From assembly GCA_963675525.2 (NCBI GenBank), contig CAXXSL010000001.1, positions 64,001 to 128,000 of the forward strand: a DNA stretch of 64,000 bases. Reading direction: 5' to 3'. Origin of the DNA: Anaerohalosphaeraceae bacterium (lineage in GTDB: Bacteria > Planctomycetota > Phycisphaerae > Sedimentisphaerales > Anaerohalosphaeraceae). Of this stretch, positions 58,866-64,000 are shown in pieces. A model generated the notes under the pieces. That model was not told where the DNA came from. It searched no databases and was given only the letters and a program-made list of their open reading frames with translations. The stretch's first letter is position 1. Every line of letters begins with the position of its first letter. The translations under genes and the position numbers were made by a program.

Positions 58866-60857
58866 TCAATTGTTATCGGCGACGGCACGGCTTCTTTTAT
58901 CAACGAAAACGGTCAGATTGCTGACGGTTGAGGCGGCCCGAGGCCGGTTTTGAATAAACCGGTCATTGATTATTTGAGTCGAGAGAATGCCCGCCAGAGC
59001 CATTCCGTCGACTTCGCTGATGTTTTTTGAGGTTCGCAGTTTTTCAATAAGGCGTTGTGTTTTTACAGGATCAAAAATTCCCGCTTGTGCGATAGCGCTG
59101 GAACAGAGCATTTCCTCGATATATTCTGTGCTGTTATACAGCAGGGTTTGTGCAATCGGGGCCCGATACGGGTGTTTAGAGCGGTACGTGATCGAATCGG
59201 GAAGGAGATCGTTAAACACCTTTTTCAGTAAGAATTTTTCATTCAGGCCAAGAATTTTCCAGCGGGCCGGAACACAGCTCATGTATTCCATTAGACGATA
59301 ATCCAGATAGGGCAGGCGAATCTCCAGTGAATGCGCCATGGCCATTCTGTCGCCCTGAGACGAAAGCAGATAGTTGCTGAGAAAAACAGTCGATTCAAGG
59401 TACTGAGCCTTTGAAAGCCAGTGCCAGTGATTAAACCCTTCCGGCAGGGCTGATATAATATCCTGATAACAATCATAGGAACCGATCGATTCCTGAGTAT
59501 CTTGTGAGAAGAATCCTTTTATCTTACTGGTATTCATCCAGCGGATTTTGTGCGAATACAGCGGGTCAGATGTATTTTCAAGGTCCTTGGCGAAGAATGA
59601 TTTTAGTGTTCCGGCCAGGCGGGGATTGTTCAGGATGTAGGGGTACAATTCCTTTAACAGGTCCGCTCTTCGTGAAGAATTGGGCTGACGAGCCCAGAAA
59701 TGCCTTATTTTTGCTTCCCGGAAAATATTGTACCCTCCAAACATTTCATCGGCCCCCTCACCGGTCAGGACGACTTTGAGCCCGGATTCATTGACCTTTT
59801 TGGACAGCAGGAACAGGGGGGTGGGGGCGGTTCGAAGCTGAGGTTTTTCAGCATGATAGACCACGTCAGTAAACGATTCTGCGATGAGCTGATTGGTCGC
59901 CAGCATTTCCGTATGAGCGACATTCAGATGGGCGACCATTTGACGCTGATGTTGGCCCTCATCAAAGGCGGCCTCTTCGAAGCGAATGCCGAAGGTTTGC
60001 AGATTATTGTTGAAATGACGAGCGATTTTTGCCGTGATGCCGGAAGAATCCAGACCGCCGCTGAGATAGGAACCGACCGGAACATCGGCACGAAGCCGGA
60101 TACGGATGGCATCTGTCAGGATTTCATCGACCTTGTCCCGAATCCTTTCTACCGAATCGTGATTTTGATCCTGTGGAACGGCAAAATCAAGCTGCCAGTA
60201 TTTGTGAATGCTGATTTGCCCGTTTTTGGCAAGAAGATAATGTCCCGGCGGCAATTCATGAATATCTTTAAACATGGTACGTCCGGACAGAGTTGTCCAG
60301 AATGTAAAAATCTGGTCCAATGCAACGGGGTCCAGGTTATTCGGAATTTCATTAAGTGTTAATAAGGATTTTATTTCGGAAGCGAAATACAACGTATTAT
60401 TTTGAACAGTATAATGCACCGGACGAATCCCGATTCGGTCACGTGCCAGAAAGAGTTCCTGAGTTTGGTTGTTCCAGATGGCCAGTCCATACTGCCCATT
60501 CATATGCTTGAGACATTCGGGTCCATATTCCTCATATAAGTGCAGAATGACTTCGGTGTCCGATGTGGTATAAAATTGATGCCCGCAAGATAACAGCTTA
60601 TCTCTTAGTTCGGGATAATTAAACATCTCGCCATTATAGATGATCCAGAGGGTATGATCTTCGTTGTGAATGGGTTGGCCGCCGCCGCTTAAATCGATAA
60701 TGCTTAAACGCGCATGTCCCAAGCCTGCCCGGTCATCAATATAGATTCCCGCCTCATCGGGTCCCCGATGAAGCATGATGGAGATCATTTGCATCAGGGT
60801 TTTTGGGTCAGGCGGGTTGAGTGAATCCAGGGAACATATTCCGCTTATTCCACACAT
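58866..60857 (-). CDS. asnB: Asparagine synthase-like glutamine amidotransferase
   Basis: MCGI, HRGPD, RLSIIDL, NGE, SGGLDSS, GEGADE, DRM.MAHSLE.R.P. Confidence 0.93.
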   Translation of the reverse strand: MCGISGICSLDSLNPPDPKTLMQMISIMLHRGPDEAGIYIDDRAGLGHARLSIIDLSGGGQPIHNEDHTLWIIYNGEMFNYPELRDKLLSCGHQFYTTSDTEVILHLYEEYGPECLKHMNGQYGLAIWNNQTQELFLARDRIGIRPVHYTVQNNTLYFASEIKSLLTLNEIPNNLDPVALDQIFTFWTTLSGRTMFKDIHELPPGHYLLAKNGQISIHKYWQLDFAVPQDQNHDSVERIRDKVDEILTDAIRIRLRADVPVGSYLSGGLDSSGITAKIARHFNNNLQTFGIRFEEAAFDEGQHQRQMVAHLNVAHTEMLATNQLIAESFTDVVYHAEKPQLRTAPTPLFLLSKKVNESGLKVVLTGEGADEMFGGYNIFREAKIRHFWARQPNSSRRADLLKELYPYILNNPRLAGTLKSFFAKDLENTSDPLYSHKIRWMNTSKIKGFFSQDTQESIGSYDCYQDIISALPEGFNHWHWLSKAQYLESTVFLSNYLLSSQGDRMAMAHSLEIRLPYLDYRLMEYMSCVPARWKILGLNEKFLLKKVFNDLLPDSITYRSKHPYRAPIAQTLLYNSTEYIEEMLCSSAIAQAGIFDPVKTQRLIEKLRTSKNISEVDGMALAGILSTQIINDRFIQNRPRAASTVSNLTVFVDKRSRAVADNN

Positions 60858-61099
60858 GCAAGTTTCTTTTTAAGGAATTGTTCAATATTAACGATAGAGT
60901 CCAGATTTTCGGGAACCAGTTCATCGTCATGTATCTGGATGCCGTAAGTTTCTTCCATGAATGTGACGAGTTCAAGAATACCTGTAGAATCGATGATGCC
61001 TGATTCTAAAAAAGAGGCATCATTTTGTAGCCCCTGACCGTCCCCGAACATAAAGTTATTTATAATAAATTCTCTGATACTGGTAACGATTTCTTCCAT
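60845..61099 (-). CDS. Acyl carrier protein
   Basis: GIIDS phosphopantetheine site; acidic 84 aa. Confidence 0.92.
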   Translation of the reverse strand: MEEIVTSIREFIINNFMFGDGQGLQNDASFLESGIIDSTGILELVTFMEETYGIQIHDDELVPENLDSIVNIEQFLKKKLACVE

Positions 61100-61340
61100 A
61101 TTTTCTCCTTTTGAAATTCCTTAAATCATATATAATAATAATTTATTGACAATAAATCAAGGTCTTAGGGGGGAAATTTATCCAATTTTCATATCCCCAA
61201 GGCCTTTGTGTGTGTTTTTGTGGGCCAAGATGGTATACTATCAGGTTCTTGACAAGCTTTATTTGATAAAGATATAATAAACGGAAAAGAGCAAGGACAC
61301 TATTTGCTTTCAACTATCAGATAGATGGGTATTATTACCG

Positions 61341-62000
61341 ATGAGCACAAAGAGACGATTTTTTTTATTATCGGGACTGACCATTCTTTTTTTTCTGGGA
61401 TCAGGATGGTTGTATCAAAAATCTGCCCATTACTTAAATGCCTTAAGTGATATCAAAGTAATGCCGGCCATTCCCTTTGATCAGTTTCCCTATCAAATCG
61501 GTCCCTGGCAGGGGGTCGATCGTCCCTTGTCGGAAACAGTTTTGAAGGTGGCAGCCAATGATGATTATCTCAGCCGTTATTACGTAGACAACAACAGGCA
61601 TCTTCAGGCGACGCTTTATGTGGCTTATACCGCAGAGCCCAGAAAGATGTTAGGGCATCGTCCGCGTGTGTGTTATGTCAACAGCGGTTGGATCCATGAC
61701 GGAACCGAAGAGCAGCGTTTCGAAACAAGTGGAGTCCACAGAATTCCCTGCCAGATCCACCGTTTTCACAAGACCGGATTAGATTATCAGGACGTTGTTG
61801 TATTAAATTACTATGTTGTTAACGGGGAAACGACGTCAGATCACAAAGCGTTTTCCGGCCTGCGCTGGCGGCGGCCTAAAATGGGAAACGGCCGGCTCGA
61901 CTACGTGGCTCAAGTTCAGATCAGTTCCGCATCCGAGTCCAGTGCCCGGATATTAGCGGAAGAGTTATCGGATCTGATTCTTCAGTATCTTCCCGATTAA
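61341..62000 (+). CDS. epsI: EpsI-family exosortase-associated protein
   Basis: FP.QIG.W.G.D, R.Y, LYVAY, H.P.VCY...GW. Confidence 0.82.
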   Translation: MSTKRRFFLLSGLTILFFLGSGWLYQKSAHYLNALSDIKVMPAIPFDQFPYQIGPWQGVDRPLSETVLKVAANDDYLSRYYVDNNRHLQATLYVAYTAEPRKMLGHRPRVCYVNSGWIHDGTEEQRFETSGVHRIPCQIHRFHKTGLDYQDVVVLNYYVVNGETTSDHKAFSGLRWRRPKMGNGRLDYVAQVQISSASESSARILAEELSDLILQYLPD

Positions 62001-62003
62001 ACA

Positions 62004-63722
62004 TTACAACCCTTTTCGTGCATACCAGTCATCTCTCTTGGCACGGAGGACGTCAATAGAAACCAATTTGCTGGTTGTGGCTATTCCATCAGAGACTGTA
62101 AATAAAACCTGATAGTTTCCATATTCCCCGAAATTGGGAATCCATGAGAGTGTTGTTCCGTCAAAGATGGCCCCGGCAGGCAGGTAATCGGCCGTAATTA
62201 TGACGGAATCGCCGTCAGGATCGACGACTTGAGGCGTAATCAGCAGTTGTTGTTTCTCTTTGATCTGATTAGTATCTTCAATGACCAGGGCAGGGGCCGT
62301 ATTTTCTGATCTGACTAAAATCGAGATTGTATGGAAACATTCCAGTAAACCGTCTGTTGCGATAAATTTGACGGCATGTGTTCCTTCTTGTGTTTCGGTA
62401 GGGGTCCATGTGAAAGTGCCGTTTTCAAACACTGCCCCTTGTGGTAAACTTTCTGTAGATAAACTAACGGCATCTCCGTCGGGGTCACTGCCGGAAACGG
62501 CGAATGTTAAGGTTTTTGATACGGTGATAGTCTGGTTGGCAATGGCCCCTATCACAGGAGCCCGGTTTGTGGCATTGACAGCGATCAAAAAGGTTTCGCT
62601 GTCGAGGAGTGTTCCATCTGAAGCGGTAACAGTTAGAGGATAGTTGCCCGCTTGTTCGTAGCCCGGAGTCCATGTGAAGGTTCCATTGGTAAATGTGGCA
62701 CCGCTTGGCAACTCGACACAAGTGACGCTGACAAGGTCATTATCAGGATCAGTTGCCATTACACTAAACGTCAATAATTGGCCTTCAGAGACGGTTTTTT
62801 CACCGATGGCTACAAGGACAGGAGGTTGGTTCTCATTGAGAACGGTCAGTGTGACTGTTTGGCTGTCTGACAGGTCGCCATCGTCGGCTATAAAGGTTAC
62901 TTCATAAGTGCCGGATTGCTGGATTGTGGGTGTCCATATGAAAGTTGCTCCCGTAAAAACGGCTCCTTCGGGGAGGTTTGTTGCCGAATACGTTAAATTG
63001 TCACCGTCCGCATCTGTGGCGGATACGGAAAAGCTAATCGTTTCCATCTCATTGATGGTTACATCTATGATGGAATCTAATACGGGTGGTGAATTCAAAT
63101 TACCGGCGTAAAATGACAGTATCGTCGGAGGTATTATTTCTGTTGCCGACTGAATCGTCAGGTTCAGGCTGACGGCAGGGACGGATACACCGTCACAATC
63201 GATCCCAAAACCAAAGGATCGTCCCGTTCCGGCGTAATCCAGAAGAGTCAGCAAAGAGGAGGCGTTGAATTCAACGGTTGTAGAATCAGCCAATGATATG
63301 ACAGGGACTTGCGAAAAGATTTGCCAGACCCATGAATCAGGGTTGTCGATCTGCTTGAGATCGATCATGATATCCTGAGGTGCGGCCGTCAATTCCGTAT
63401 TACTAAGAGTCCTTAGGATCGAGCCATATCCCTCGAAATAATTACCGTGCTGCCCATCGTAAAATTCAACAATGTCTGGTTCAGGGTTATCGAGAAGATG
63501 GACCGACAGTGCGGTTTGCGAGTCGGAGCGAACTTTGCTGACATTGTGCAGTATAAGTGTCGCATCGGTTATAATGCTTCCGGACGGGATGGGTAATTCA
63601 CTGTTTGTGATTCCCCATGTACAGGCGTTTTCTTCATTAAGGATTTCAGCGTATGACAATGACTGAACTAAAACGATGAGAATGACGATTCGCAGTGTGG
63701 CTAGACAATGACTCCGTTTCAT
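62004..63722 (-). CDS. Secreted protein with four Ig/cadherin-like repeats
   Basis: Repeated N.PPV..I..T..E..F.V.A.D.D.D...LP.GA.F...FTWTP...G.Y..DG. Confidence 0.85.
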   Translation of the reverse strand: MKRSHCLATLRIVILIVLVQSLSYAEILNEENACTWGITNSELPIPSGSIITDATLILHNVSKVRSDSQTALSVHLLDNPEPDIVEFYDGQHGNYFEGYGSILRTLSNTELTAAPQDIMIDLKQIDNPDSWVWQIFSQVPVISLADSTTVEFNASSLLTLLDYAGTGRSFGFGIDCDGVSVPAVSLNLTIQSATEIIPPTILSFYAGNLNSPPVLDSIIDVTINEMETISFSVSATDADGDNLTYSATNLPEGAVFTGATFIWTPTIQQSGTYEVTFIADDGDLSDSQTVTLTVLNENQPPVLVAIGEKTVSEGQLLTFSVMATDPDNDLVSVTCVELPSGATFTNGTFTWTPGYEQAGNYPLTVTASDGTLLDSETFLIAVNATNRAPVIGAIANQTITVSKTLTFAVSGSDPDGDAVSLSTESLPQGAVFENGTFTWTPTETQEGTHAVKFIATDGLLECFHTISILVRSENTAPALVIEDTNQIKEKQQLLITPQVVDPDGDSVIITADYLPAGAIFDGTTLSWIPNFGEYGNYQVLFTVSDGIATTSKLVSIDVLRAKRDDWYARKGL

Positions 63723-64000
63723 GATACAGACCTTCCATGTTAGATTAAGCTAAATCGGCAACACTCTTAGCAGAGTGCAACAAAACCTTGGCGATTTGTA
63801 TTACTTACTCCCCCAAATCGCGGTCTTACAACTATATTGATTATGTCTGAAAAGACACAATCAATCTTGTTTTGAGCAGGAATAAATGCTTCCGGCTATA
63901 TATAGTATAATATTTATTTAGCCAGGATGTTAATTTCATCAATATAAATATCATCATAATTGCTGGATGCACTGCATACAAAGCGGATATTCATCGTTGT

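Noticed and set aside
10348..60362. Long antisense or overlapping ORFs (e.g. 10348-11292, 16592-17551, 17828-18769, 23158-24351, 39300-40268, 56310-57038)
   Set aside because: Shadows of well-supported GC-rich genes; no recognisable motifs.

Overview
Bacterial chromosomal window. The gene content (PEP-CTERM/EpsI, sigma-antisigma fusion, fused PilM) suggests Planctomycetota/Phycisphaerae; this is an inference. Main feature: an ~8 kb satellite/PICI-like element (1216-9264) integrated at tRNA-Glu(CTC). Its tyrosine integrase is split by the att core: the integrated form ends in 4 residues read from the antisense tRNA, whereas excision would fuse it in frame to a 65-aa C-terminus at the other end of the element, translationally coupled to the next operon. 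The element also carries twin palindromic arm-like sites, a cloverleaf RNA-like leader, helically phased repeats, a primase-polymerase, and DUF2971 and PEP-CTERM cargo. Further on: ECF sigma fusion, MacAB-TolC-like exporter, dprA, a glycogen-synthase-like GT, a TA pair, duplicated csp genes, mtaB, a pilM operon and a GH2. At 41.7-45.9 kb is a repeat-rich AT-rich cassette island (HEPN-like gene and two pseudogenes), followed by ychF, tRNA-Lys, a RAYT with inverted REPs, and an ACP-AsnB-AMP ligase-NadE-like operon beside epsI. Several single-base frameshifts could be biology or assembly error. All calls come from reading motifs by eye; no searches were run.
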